Source of the DNA: an uncultured Desulfobacter sp.
GTDB lineage: Bacteria; Desulfobacterota; Desulfobacteria; Desulfobacterales; Desulfobacteraceae
Assembly (NCBI GenBank): GCA_963665095.1
Contig: OY762069.1
Coordinates: 1,888,001-1,952,000, forward strand
DNA length: 64,000 nucleotides
Direction of reading: 5' to 3'
Positions 9,856 through 19,840 of the stretch are shown piece by piece. Both the position numbers and the translations under genes were made by a program. The notes under the pieces are model-generated. The model worked only from the letters and a program-made list of their open reading frames with translations, made no database searches and was not told where the DNA came from. Each line of letters begins with the position of its first letter. Position 1 is the stretch's first letter.

Positions 9856-12528
9856 TTACTGTTGTTGTTTCAAATTTTGAATACGTTCAAGGTTGGCAGT
9901 TATTTTATCCTGTTTTTCCTTCAACTCCTCATGCTGGGCTTTGACCTTTTCAATGACGTCTTCAGGTGCCTTGTCAAGAAAACTGTCATTATTCAGGCGT
10001 TTTTGAATGCTGGTCAGCTCCTTGGTATTTTTCTGCAACTCTTTGTCAAGACGGCTGATCTCTTTGTCAAAATCAATCACACCTTCCAGACAGACAAAAC
10101 AGGTGGTGGCCCCGGTAACCGTTGTGGCGGCAGAGTCAGGATACTTGTCTGCATCACAGAAAAACAGGCTTTCAAGCGTTGCCAGATTGGCAATAATCGA
10201 TTTATTCTCTGCAATCATCAGCTTTTCAGATTCATCTGCTGTTGCCGCCAGAACCTTCACTTTTGTAGACGGCTGAATATTCATTTCAGACCGAATATTA
10301 CGGATACCTGAAATCAGGGAGAACAAAAATTCCATCTCCTTTTCACAGGCAGGGTCTGCGAATTTATTATAATTGTCTTCACTGAAAGGAAATGCGGCTT
10401 TAAGTACCGACCCGGTTGTAGCCGGCAAAATCTGGTAAATTTCCTCAGTAACAAATGGCATAAAAGGATGCAGCATGATTACCGTATCCTCAATTACGCT
10501 GGCCAGAACACCCCTGGCAGCATCTCTTCGGTCAGCACCAAGTTTTTCATACAGAGCCGGCTTGGCAGCCTCAAGATACCAGTCGCAGAATTCATGCCAT
10601 ACAAACTGGTACACAGCAGATGCCGCCTCATTGAACCGGTACTCTTCAATTCCCTGCTTTACTGCATTTGCCGTCTGGGTGCACCTGGACAGAATCCAGC
10701 GGTCCACCAGGGTCAGGTCAAGATCATCGGTCAGGCGGTCTTTTTCTGTAATGTGCATCAGGGTAAAGCGGGCCGCATTCCACAGTTTATTCACAAAATT
10801 GCGGTAGCCTTCCACCCTGGATTCAGACATTTTCACATCCCTGCCCTGGGCGGCAAAGGCTGCTAAAGTAAAGCGGAATGCATCGGCTCCGTACTCATCA
10901 ATCACTTTAAGCGGATCTATAACATTCCCCTTGGATTTGGACATTTTTTTCCCGTGTTCATCCCGGACCAGGGCATGGATGTAGACATCCTTAAATGGAA
11001 TCTCATCATCCATGAAGTGGATACCCATCATCATCATCCGGGCCACCCAGAAAAACAGAATGTCAAATCCGGTAACAAGGACATTGGTGGGATAAAATGT
11101 TTTTAGTAAATCTGTGTTTTCTGGCCACCCCATGGTGGAAAAGGGCCAGAGTGCCGAAGAAAACCAGGTGTCCAGCACATCAGTTTCCTGGACGATATTT
11201 TTAGAGCCGCACTGGGGGCAGATATCCGGGTCAGTTTCTTCCACAATAACAGCCTTGCACTCAGGACATTTCCAGACAGGAATACGGTGTCCCCACCAGA
11301 TCTGGCGGGAAATACACCAGTCACGGATATTGTCCATCCATTCAAAATAGGTCTTGCTCCAGTTTTCAGGAATAATCCGGGTCCTGCCCGTGCGCACGGC
11401 GTCAGCAGCTTTTTGCGCCAGGGGTCCGACTTTTACAAACCATTGCTTAGAAATTGAAGGTTCCACGTCAGTGTGGCAGCGATAACAGTTCCCCACACTG
11501 TGCTTTAACGGCTCTTTTTTCTCAAGCAGACCCATCTCCTCCAGGGCCTCCACACAACTTTTACGGCACTCAAACCGGTCCATGCCCGCAAAACGCCCTG
11601 CCCCCTCCATCATGGCACCAGAATCATCAATAACTTTTAATTTTTTCAGGCCATGTTTTTCGCCAAGGTGGAAATCATTGGGGTCGTGGGCCGGGGTCAC
11701 TTTCAGGGCACCGGTACCAAATCCGGTATCCACATACTCGTCCCGGATAATGGGTATCGTACGGTCCGTAAGCGGCAGCTGAACTTCTGTTTCCAAAAGA
11801 TCTTTAAATCTTTCATCATCGGGATTCACCGCAACAGCCGTATCGCCGAACATGGTTTCCGGCCGGGTGGTGGCAACGGTTAGCCCCTTTTTATGTCCTC
11901 CTTTAAAAGGATAACGGATATAATAAAGGTACCCGTCTTTTTCTTCATATTCTACTTCAAGGTCGGCCAGAGCTGTCTTACACCTGGGGCACCAGTTGAT
12001 AATGTACTGATCTTCATAAATAAGGCCTTCTTTATACAGCCGGACAAAAACCTTACGTACAGCTTCAGACAGGCCTTCATCCATGGTAAAACGTTCCCTG
12101 TCCCAGTCACAGGAAGCACCAAGGCGTTTGAGCTGATTGATGATGGCACCACCGGATTTCTCCCTCCAGCGCCACACCTCTTCGATAAATGCCTCACGGC
12201 CCACTTCATCCCTTGTTTTTCCTTCTGCGGCAAGCTTACGCTCCACAACATTCTGAGTGGCAATTCCGGCATGATCAGTGCCCGGCATCCAAAGGACATT
12301 CTGCCCCAAAAGCCTTCTGTATCTGCACATGATGTCCTGGATAACATTATTCAGGGCATGTCCCATGTGGAGAACACCTGTGACATTAGGCGGCGGGATA
12401 ACGATGGAAAACGGCTCTTTGTCGCTTGTATCCTCTGCTTTAAAAAATCCGTTTTCCAACCAGAATGAATACCATTTTTCTTCTATCTCTTTTGGTGAAT
12501 ATCCTTTGTCCAGAGTATCCGAACACAT
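9856..12528 (-). CDS. valS: Valine--tRNA ligase
   Basis: PPPNVTGVLHMGH and KMSKS motifs; C-terminal coiled coil. Start placed at ATG 12528 behind RBS GAGGAG rather than at the ORF-track start 12621. Confidence 0.97.
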   Translation of the reverse strand: MCSDTLDKGYSPKEIEEKWYSFWLENGFFKAEDTSDKEPFSIVIPPPNVTGVLHMGHALNNVIQDIMCRYRRLLGQNVLWMPGTDHAGIATQNVVERKLAAEGKTRDEVGREAFIEEVWRWREKSGGAIINQLKRLGASCDWDRERFTMDEGLSEAVRKVFVRLYKEGLIYEDQYIINWCPRCKTALADLEVEYEEKDGYLYYIRYPFKGGHKKGLTVATTRPETMFGDTAVAVNPDDERFKDLLETEVQLPLTDRTIPIIRDEYVDTGFGTGALKVTPAHDPNDFHLGEKHGLKKLKVIDDSGAMMEGAGRFAGMDRFECRKSCVEALEEMGLLEKKEPLKHSVGNCYRCHTDVEPSISKQWFVKVGPLAQKAADAVRTGRTRIIPENWSKTYFEWMDNIRDWCISRQIWWGHRIPVWKCPECKAVIVEETDPDICPQCGSKNIVQETDVLDTWFSSALWPFSTMGWPENTDLLKTFYPTNVLVTGFDILFFWVARMMMMGIHFMDDEIPFKDVYIHALVRDEHGKKMSKSKGNVIDPLKVIDEYGADAFRFTLAAFAAQGRDVKMSESRVEGYRNFVNKLWNAARFTLMHITEKDRLTDDLDLTLVDRWILSRCTQTANAVKQGIEEYRFNEAASAVYQFVWHEFCDWYLEAAKPALYEKLGADRRDAARGVLASVIEDTVIMLHPFMPFVTEEIYQILPATTGSVLKAAFPFSEDNYNKFADPACEKEMEFLFSLISGIRNIRSEMNIQPSTKVKVLAATADESEKLMIAENKSIIANLATLESLFFCDADKYPDSAATTVTGATTCFVCLEGVIDFDKEISRLDKELQKNTKELTSIQKRLNNDSFLDKAPEDVIEKVKAQHEELKEKQDKITANLERIQNLKQQQ

Positions 12529-12647
12529 AATTCTACTCCTCAAACCCTGTTTTATGTTATGAAAACCTTCCTGCGTATGGACGCTTCCATGTCCCGGCAG
12601 TGGATATCCTGGATTTTTCAATCCCCTTTAGTCCCCTGCCTTGAATT

Positions 12648-12671
12648 AAAAAGGGGATTGAATCAATCCCC
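12648..12671 (-). terminator. Intrinsic terminator between the acidic protein gene and valS
   Basis: Minus strand GGGGATTG-ATT-CAATCCCC-TTTTT. Confidence 0.6.
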
Positions 12672-12719
12672 GCACGGTTTTAAAAATTTTTTTAAGCCAA
12701 GTCAATCGTTTAATCAGGT

Positions 12720-13088
12720 TTAGCCGATATCATCAAGATCTTTTTTAAGTCCTGCTTTTATATCTTCAATCTCACGTTTAATAACTCTTTCCATGACCTC
12801 AAAAAGAATTTTTTCAATGGTTTCTGAAAATTTTTTTTCAATAATTTTCTCAAGCACAGCCTCGAATGTTTCCCGGTCCAAAGACGGAGACGCCGGTTCC
12901 TTCTCCGGAAGGGGTGAAACCGGTTCTTCCATGATGCTCTCTTCCGGTATTGACGAAGCGTCAGGAATAGTTTCTTCTGGATCCGGGGCCACTTGTGTGA
13001 GTTCAATTATTTCCTGGTCTTCCTGCGATGAATCTTCCGTGACCACATCGGTCAGTTCAATAATATCATCATCATAATCGTGAACCAT
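12720..13088 (-). CDS. Highly acidic, Pro-rich small protein; PopZ/RomR-C-like candidate
   Basis: RBS GAGGA; two IIELT motifs; an acidic Pro-rich middle; a C-terminal amphipathic helical segment; sits directly upstream of valS. Confidence 0.8.
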   Translation of the reverse strand: MVHDYDDDIIELTDVVTEDSSQEDQEIIELTQVAPDPEETIPDASSIPEESIMEEPVSPLPEKEPASPSLDRETFEAVLEKIIEKKFSETIEKILFEVMERVIKREIEDIKAGLKKDLDDIG

Positions 13089-13347
13089 AAAATCCTCACT
13101 TTATCCTTATTTTAAGGTGCTTGGCAGTAATTTACGAGATTAAAAAAGTATCAGAGCAGGTGCCGGGTGTCAATCGTTTTGAAACAAACCTGCGCAAAAG
13201 GAACTAAATATGGTATCTGAATTTATGGATGAGATTTCCTAATGAATTTTTATTATGATCCGCAAACTATCCTAATGGAGTTAAAATATTTTTTCTTAGT
13301 TCATTTTTGCTGTACAAAATTACTTTAACATTAAAGGAGTGTTATCC

Positions 13348-14787
13348 ATGTCTTTTCACAAACAGTTTAAAACTTTCTGGGTTGCGGCTCTGATACTTGT
13401 TTTCCTGAGCGCACCGGCCCTGGCTGGTCAGCCGAAATATGTCTTTTATTTTATCGGTGACGGTCTTGGCGCAGCCCAGCGCCAGTTCAGTGAATTTTTC
13501 ATCCAGGAAAAAGACGCAAATCCCAACGAACACCTGCTCATGAATACCTTTGAAACAGCCGGTATCAATACAACCTATTGTGCGGATACCCTGATTACCG
13601 ATTCCGCAGCTGCGGCAACTGCTCTGGCTTCAGGCGTTAAAACCAATAAGGGCGTTATAGGGAAAAATGTTCAGGGAAAAAATGTTAAAACCCTGACTGA
13701 AGCGGCCATGGAACATGGTATGAAAACAGGGCTTATCACCACCACCCGGCTGACCCATGCTACGCCGGCTGCATTTGCCGCCCATAATGTTTCCCGGAAC
13801 AATGAAAATGAAATTGCCGATGATTTCCTTGCTTCCGGTGTGGACTTTTTCGCAGGCGGTGGCATCCGCCACTTCATACCTGCATCCATGAAAATTGAAA
13901 AGGGTGATGCCATTGGTAAAACTATCAAATCCAAACGTAAAGATGAAAAAGATCTGGTCAAAGGATTTGAGGACAAGGGCTATACCACTTTTATCGGTAT
14001 GAAAGGGGCGAAGTCATTCAATACCACTGATTTTTCCAAAAAAGACAAGGTGTTTGCCGCGTTCACCTATACCCACATGCCCTATGAAATTGAACGGATG
14101 AACCAGTACAAGGAGGTACCAAGTATTGCATCTATGACAAAAGCAGCCGTTGATGTCCTGTCCAAAGGCAGCAAAGGCTTTTTCCTCATGGTTGAAGGCG
14201 GACGTATTGACCATGCGGCCCATGCAAACGATCCAACCGGTGTCATCTGGGACACCATTGCTTTTGATGATGCCGTAAAAACGGCTTATGATTTCTATAA
14301 AAATCATAAGGACCAGACCCTGATTGTCATTGTTGGGGACCATGAAACCGGCGGCATGGGGTTGGGTATGGACAGTATGGGATATAAACTGAATATGGCT
14401 GCACTGAACAATGTACAGGTCTCCGTGGAAGACACCCTTGCATACGGGGCTGGTGAATACAAGGGAGACAAGGCGGCATACCTCGATTTTCTGTCAAAAA
14501 ATTTCGGCCTGAACAATCTTTCGGATGCTGAAACGCAACGTCTGAACAAAGCCATGGCCTCATCAGATGCTGGTGAAACTTCCGGTTATTATAAACTGAA
14601 TCCGGCAGCATTGACCGCAGCGCACCTTCTGTCCACCAGAGCAAACATTAACTGGACCACCACCATTCACACCGCCACAATGATTCCCATGTCTGCCACT
14701 GGCGTGAATGCAGCTCAGTTCGGAGGCTATAAGGACAACACCCAGATTGCCAGAACCATGGCTGACACCCTTGGATTGTCTTTGTAA
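13348..14787 (+). CDS. phoA: Alkaline phosphatase (PhoA type, exported)
   Basis: Signal peptide (ALA|G); IGDG, TDSAAAATA (catalytic Ser), HATPA, VEGGRIDHAAH and DHETGG motifs; RBS AAGGAG. Confidence 0.93.
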   Translation: MSFHKQFKTFWVAALILVFLSAPALAGQPKYVFYFIGDGLGAAQRQFSEFFIQEKDANPNEHLLMNTFETAGINTTYCADTLITDSAAAATALASGVKTNKGVIGKNVQGKNVKTLTEAAMEHGMKTGLITTTRLTHATPAAFAAHNVSRNNENEIADDFLASGVDFFAGGGIRHFIPASMKIEKGDAIGKTIKSKRKDEKDLVKGFEDKGYTTFIGMKGAKSFNTTDFSKKDKVFAAFTYTHMPYEIERMNQYKEVPSIASMTKAAVDVLSKGSKGFFLMVEGGRIDHAAHANDPTGVIWDTIAFDDAVKTAYDFYKNHKDQTLIVIVGDHETGGMGLGMDSMGYKLNMAALNNVQVSVEDTLAYGAGEYKGDKAAYLDFLSKNFGLNNLSDAETQRLNKAMASSDAGETSGYYKLNPAALTAAHLLSTRANINWTTTIHTATMIPMSATGVNAAQFGGYKDNTQIARTMADTLGLSL

Positions 14788-14823
14788 ACCCTTGACGCAT
14801 CAATAGGTTAAGTTAGCTTAAAA

Positions 14824-14861
14824 AAAAACGCGGCCTGTTGCTTTCTACAGGCCGCGTTTTT
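14824..14861. terminator. Intercistronic terminator/stabiliser hairpin
   Basis: 15-bp stem AAAAACGCGGCCTGT / ACAGGCCGCGTTTTT. Confidence 0.7.
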
Positions 14862-14873
14862 ATACTTACTTTT

Positions 14874-15998
14874 ATGAAAAATTCCTTTGTATTATCTACA
14901 GCAGGGTTGTTGGTTATTCTTGCCGCCATGTACCTGTATTTTCAGGCGCGGGAACCTGCCATGGACCCCATGACCCTGGAAGCCCGGGCAAGGGTGACAG
15001 CGACGGATGACTCCGAAGTCCATTCATCCGGTTTGTCCCATATCGGATTCCAAACCCTTGAAATTGAAATTTTAGACACCCGGTTCAAAGGCGTAAAGAC
15101 CGAAGCAAAAAACAGCCTGAACGGGCAGGTTGATCTTGAAAACCTTTACAGGGTGAAGGATACGATCATTGCAGCCATCATCATGGACGAAAACGGAAAT
15201 ATTGAGCATGTCAAGGCTGTTGATCTGTACCGACAGAACAGCCTTTTGCACATGTTCATCCTTTTTACCGCGGCGCTGCTAATTTATGCCGGTACGATCG
15301 GTATAAAAGCGCTGCTCTCATTTTTGCTGTCCATTTTTATTATCTGGGAAATTTTAATCACCCAGATCCTTAACGGCCGGCCGCCTTTGCCAATGACGAT
15401 TCTGACCCTGATACTTCTTTCCGGTATTATTATTTTCATGGTGGCCGGGCTCAACCGCAAAGGCATTACCGCTTTTTTAGGCACCATCTCAGGACTTGCC
15501 GTGACGTTGCTGGCCACGCTTTTTTTCGGGAAAGAGGCAGGGCTCTTGGGTATGACCCAGCCCTATGTGAATGCACTTATCTTTTCAGGATACTATGACC
15601 TGGATATCCGACAAATTTTTTATTCAGCCATTGTGCTTGGGGCTTCAGGAGCTGCCATGGACATTGCCATGGATATTGCCGCCTCCATGGATGAAATCAG
15701 AATAAAAAAACCCGATATATCTGCCAGAGATCTGGTGCGATCAGGGCTCACTGTGGGCAGACAGGTCATTGGCACCATGACCACCACTCTGCTTTTAGCC
15801 TATTCCGGGGGCTACCTGACCCTGCTGATGATTTTCAGGGTTAAAGATCCCAGCTTCATGCGCATGATTAACCTGAAAATTGTAGCAGCCGAAATCATGC
15901 GAACCCTTATCGGCAGTATCGGCCTGGTGATGGTCGCCCCCATCACCGCTCTGCTTGGCGGGATGATAATTGCCGGCATGACGAAAAGAGAACACTGA
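14874..15998 (+). CDS. YibE/F family membrane protein
   Basis: Multi-TM protein with GAAMDIAMDIA, GRQVIGTMTTTLLLAYSG and EIMRTLIGSIG motifs. Confidence 0.85.
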   Translation: MKNSFVLSTAGLLVILAAMYLYFQAREPAMDPMTLEARARVTATDDSEVHSSGLSHIGFQTLEIEILDTRFKGVKTEAKNSLNGQVDLENLYRVKDTIIAAIIMDENGNIEHVKAVDLYRQNSLLHMFILFTAALLIYAGTIGIKALLSFLLSIFIIWEILITQILNGRPPLPMTILTLILLSGIIIFMVAGLNRKGITAFLGTISGLAVTLLATLFFGKEAGLLGMTQPYVNALIFSGYYDLDIRQIFYSAIVLGASGAAMDIAMDIAASMDEIRIKKPDISARDLVRSGLTVGRQVIGTMTTTLLLAYSGGYLTLLMIFRVKDPSFMRMINLKIVAAEIMRTLIGSIGLVMVAPITALLGGMIIAGMTKREH

Positions 15999-16094
15999 TC
16001 CCCAACAGGTTGTTGCAACATTCGAAACAACAAACAATTCACACCACCGTGGTAACAATGTCTTTTCTGCAAGGTTTGTTTGTTTGAAGCGGAT

Positions 16095-17361
16095 CTAACG
16101 CGTCAGAGCAAGAACCAGGCTGAAGACATCCTGTCTTTGATCATACTCCAGCATCTGTTCAGAGTAGCCGGAAGTGTAACGGGCATACAGATAAACATCC
16201 ATCAGGTTACCCAAAAAAGGAATCTGATCCAGGGGGTAGGAAAGATCAAACTGAACAGTGGCTCCTTTCTTTCCATGCCGGTAATGGCTGGTTAGTGCCA
16301 GTCCCTGCGGATTACCAATGCCTGTTACCAGATCAAAATATCCCCGGTAATCGGCAAGGTCGCCATTACTTCCCTCATTATTATTTACATAGACCCAGAT
16401 CCTTGGACTCACTGCCAACATCAGTCCTGGAGTTAATTTAAAAACAAATGCCGGTTGAAAATAGATATAGTTGGTACTTCTTGAGTCATCTCCGCCCTGT
16501 CCGTTGGACTCATGCTGATACCCGAAGATGAATCCGGACCCTATCAGAAATGGCAGTTTCAATCCCAGATCATCTTCATAATAAAATAGTTCGGGCATAT
16601 ACCGCGAATCTTCAAAAGGGCGGAATCAGATTTTAAGTCCCAGAAAGACTGTTGTGTATAAGCCAGATAAATTTTCTCAAAGGCCTTTTTTAAAAAATTA
16701 TTTTCATTGAAGGTGAACAGCTTGTATTTAAAGGATAGTTGAAATGTTGATTCCTGGATGCCCGGATCCATACCAAAAAGAAAATAGACCGGCTTATAAC
16801 TTGAAAAATTAACAAAATAGGGCTGAAAAATGGATTTATATCTGCTGAAAGACTTGGGAGTAGGCGATGAAAGACTGTCCAAAGTTTCCCTGGGAAGGTC
16901 TGTATATACCCTGACAGCATTGGTCTTTTTAAGGCTATCCTGAATTTTGACAAGCCCTTTAAGTCCAGCCGAAACAGCTACTGTATAGTCCGCCCGGGTA
17001 AAACCCCGGGGCTTGACCCAATCCACTGCCTTAGCTTCCAGCACAGCCACAGCTGTAAAAACTTTCGCTTCCTGCGTGCTAAAACTCAAGGATACAGACC
17101 CGGGTAATGGTTAAGCCTTTTCAGTATCATTGGTAAACAATAGGCAGGTCTGAGTTTGCCGTTCTGAACACAACGGCTTTTCTGGGGATGACTCCGGCGC
17201 AATCAGCACAAACGGACAGGTTTCATTAAAACGACCCGTTGATGTTTTTGCCCATAAAGGTGCTGTCCAGATCACCCCCCCCCTGAATACACAAGTAAAA
17301 CAACTGTCAGACCTCGTGTTATCAATCTCTTTTTCCAGACAAGACTGTATACAGGATTCAT
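16095..17361 (-). pseudogene. pldA: Outer-membrane phospholipase A (OMPLA/PldA-like), disrupted
   Basis: Fragments carry FQLSFKY, YTQQSFW, (P)FEDSRYMPE and the catalytic HESNG...SRS. Lesions: a 1-bp loss near 16618-16620, an in-frame TAA at 17111-17113, a second frameshift upstream of it, and a G9 tract (17275-17283) breaking the signal peptide. Confidence 0.85.
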
Positions 17362-17419
17362 ATGTTTGCGCGATACTTCAGGTCACTACTGTTTTAAAAT
17401 GAACTCATATACTTTCACA

Positions 17420-17977
17420 TTATTCATTATCATTTTTTTTCATATACTTCTCAACGATTGGACCATCTTTACGCCATGCCCAGCATGTATCTATCAGGTA
17501 TTCTTCCATGTTGAATTCAAAATTTACGGTTCTGTCTTTTTCTCTTGCTTCGCAGATCCAATACCCCTGAAGTGCTGCTGGTGCCATAGATAAAAGTAGC
17601 GTTGTTAAATGAACACATCCTTTTATCCCACCTGCAATCTTTTTAACTTTTGATGTAAAGCCTGGCGCAATAACAAGGCCCTTTATTCCAACAAGGCTGT
17701 TTTCCATTTCTTTGCACACACCTTCGATAGGAGCACCCGGAATTTTTGCTTTGATATCCACAATTCTCAATTCAGAAATCTTAACCAGCATTTGAATTTG
17801 CATGTGATGAAAGACATGCGGTTCATATACTTCACCGTTCTTTTCATAAGTCGTTACCAAACTCTTTTCTTTAAACTCGCCGGTTATTAATATATGCTCT
17901 GCATCAAATACATAACTGGATATATCAATATTTCGATTGTGTATTTTCTCAAGCTTATCTGTTTTTTTAAATTCCAT
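17420..17977 (-). CDS. DUF2889 family protein
   Basis: H-x-R-x-I start, HHM, GF...GG.KGCVHL..LL and LIDTCWAW motifs; visibly AT-rich codon usage. Confidence 0.78.
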   Translation of the reverse strand: MEFKKTDKLEKIHNRNIDISSYVFDAEHILITGEFKEKSLVTTYEKNGEVYEPHVFHHMQIQMLVKISELRIVDIKAKIPGAPIEGVCKEMENSLVGIKGLVIAPGFTSKVKKIAGGIKGCVHLTTLLLSMAPAALQGYWICEAREKDRTVNFEFNMEEYLIDTCWAWRKDGPIVEKYMKKNDNE

Positions 17978-18132
17978 ATCTTGCTGGTCTCCGCGTTATT
18001 ATCTTCAGGATTGTCTGTGAATAAAACTTAGATAGTACCATTCTGGCCCAGCGTCAACTCCCCTATTATTTCCCCTATCATTCCGTTGTACAATACGTAT
18101 GACAAATGAGAAATATGATTTTCAGGCCCCGG

Positions 18133-18165
18133 AAAAAGAAAAAGCCGCTGAATAATCAGCAGCTT
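18133..18165 (-). terminator. Intrinsic terminator downstream of tRNA-Leu
   Basis: Minus strand AAGCTGCTGA-TTAT-TCAGCGGCTT-TTTCTTTTT. Confidence 0.7.
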
Positions 18166-18173
18166 GTTTGAGG

Positions 18174-18260
<87 letters not shown>

Positions 18261-18379
18261 ACAGACCCAATCGCCTTATTGGCAAGCCATTTAAAGATTG
18301 CGTAAAAGCGATGGTTGGGATATATATATTTGTTTGTGGTGTTTGTCAATACTATTTTGTTTGTATTTTAAAGGACGAC

Positions 18380-19309
18380 ATGGAATTAATTGAAGACTTG
18401 AATCAAATTAAGGCCCCTTATAAAAATGCCGTTATTACCATTGGTAATTTTGACGGGGTTCATAAGGGGCATCAGGCCCTTTTATACCAGGTAATTGAAG
18501 AAGGGGCCAAGATCGGCGGCACCAGTATTGCCATGACTTTTGAACCACATCCGTTAAGGGCATTGGGCCTTTCCAGCCCGCCCTTGATCACCCGGCGGGA
18601 CCAGAAAATTGAACTGATAGAGTCCTCGGGAATTGATGTTCTGATCTGTCTGCCCTTTGATAAAAACTTTGCCCAGATACCGGCCCAGGATTTCATTGAA
18701 AAAATTCTTGTTCAGAAAATCGGTATGAAAGCCATCATTATTGGTGCGGACTACTCCTTTGGAAAAAACCGGACAGGCAATATTGAGCTGCTGAAAACCA
18801 AGGGGGCTGAATTCGGATACGAGACCATTGTGTCGGACTGGATTCGTGATGTGGAAACCCACCGGGAGCGGATATCCAGCACAAGAATCAGAGAACTTGT
18901 CATGGACGGCCATGTAGACCGGGCAATGCAATATCTGGGTAGATATTATCAGATCAGGGGCAAGGTTATTAAAGGGCGAAAACGCGGCGGCAGCCAGCTT
19001 GGATTTCCCACGGCAAATATTAAACTTCATGACGAACTTTGCCCCAAACTCGGCGTATATGCCGTAACTGTTGAAACCATCCACAGCCGTTTCAATGGTG
19101 TGGCCAATATTGGTTTTTCACCCACTTTCGGGGATCAGATGTTCACCATTGAGGTCCATATTCTCGATTTCGATCAAGACATCTACGGCACCCGGATACG
19201 AGTTAATATGGTTGCCCGGCTCCGGGATGAAGTGAAGTTTTCAAGCATTGAAGAACTTTCCGCCCAAATCAGAAAAGATATTGAAAAGGCAAAGGAAATT
19301 TTAAAATAA
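18380..19309 (+). CDS. ribF: Bifunctional riboflavin kinase / FAD synthetase
   Basis: TIGNFDGVHKGHQ, ISSTRIR, GFPTAN and EVHILDF motifs. Start at ATG 18380 (RBS AAGGA); the longer ORF-track start would overlap the tRNA. Confidence 0.96.
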   Translation: MELIEDLNQIKAPYKNAVITIGNFDGVHKGHQALLYQVIEEGAKIGGTSIAMTFEPHPLRALGLSSPPLITRRDQKIELIESSGIDVLICLPFDKNFAQIPAQDFIEKILVQKIGMKAIIIGADYSFGKNRTGNIELLKTKGAEFGYETIVSDWIRDVETHRERISSTRIRELVMDGHVDRAMQYLGRYYQIRGKVIKGRKRGGSQLGFPTANIKLHDELCPKLGVYAVTVETIHSRFNGVANIGFSPTFGDQMFTIEVHILDFDQDIYGTRIRVNMVARLRDEVKFSSIEELSAQIRKDIEKAKEILK

Positions 19310-19840
19310 ATGGCTATTCTTGATATTGTGACCTACCCGGAACCCTTATTAAAAAAGGTGTCAGAACCTGTTGAGACCATTGATGATGAAGTAAAAGAAC
19401 TCATTGATGATATGGGGCAGACCATGTTTCATGACGCAGGCGTAGGACTTGCCGCCCCCCAGGTCGGTATTAACCGCAGAATTATCGTCTATGACACCCA
19501 TGCGGCAGATGAAGAAAGAGACGCGGAAGCAAAAGAATTTACAGCCCTGATCAACCCGGAAATTATTTCAAAATCCAAGGAGACCTTTACATCTGAAAAT
19601 GAAGGGTGTTTAAGTGTGATTGACTACCGGGCCGATGTCAAACGGCATTCAAACGTAACGGTGCGCGCCCAGACCATAGACGGAGAACCAATTGAATTTC
19701 AAGCGCACGGCCTTATGTCCGTTATCATGCAGCATGAGATTGATCACCTTGACGGTATTTTGTTTATTGACCGGATCTCCTCTTTAAAACGCACCATGTA
19801 TAAAAAGAAACGGTTAAAACAACTGAAAAATCCGACATGA
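19310..19840 (+). CDS. def: Peptide deformylase
   Basis: [15 protein letters not shown] and QHEIDHLDG motifs. Confidence 0.97.
   Translation: MAILDIVTYPEPLLKKVSEPVETIDDEVKELIDDMGQTMFHDAGVGLAAPQVGINRRIIVYDTHAADEERDAEAKEFTALINPEIISKSKETFTSENEGCLSVIDYRADVKRHSNVTVRAQTIDGEPIEFQAHGLMSVIMQHEIDHLDGILFIDRISSLKRTMYKKKRLKQLKNPT

Noticed and set aside
12529..12719. T-box riboswitch or N-terminal extension upstream of valS
   Set aside because: No T-box UGGNACC motif or stem I was seen. A strong RBS precedes ATG 12528.
13230..13335. Pho box or TCCTAATG repeats upstream of phoA
   Set aside because: No convincing 11-bp-periodic direct repeat is present. Two TCCTAATG copies in AT-rich DNA are too weak to call.
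16011..16020. Perfect palindrome TGTTGCAACA
   Set aside because: It is only 10 bp, lies between convergent gene ends, and would be expected by chance in 64 kb.
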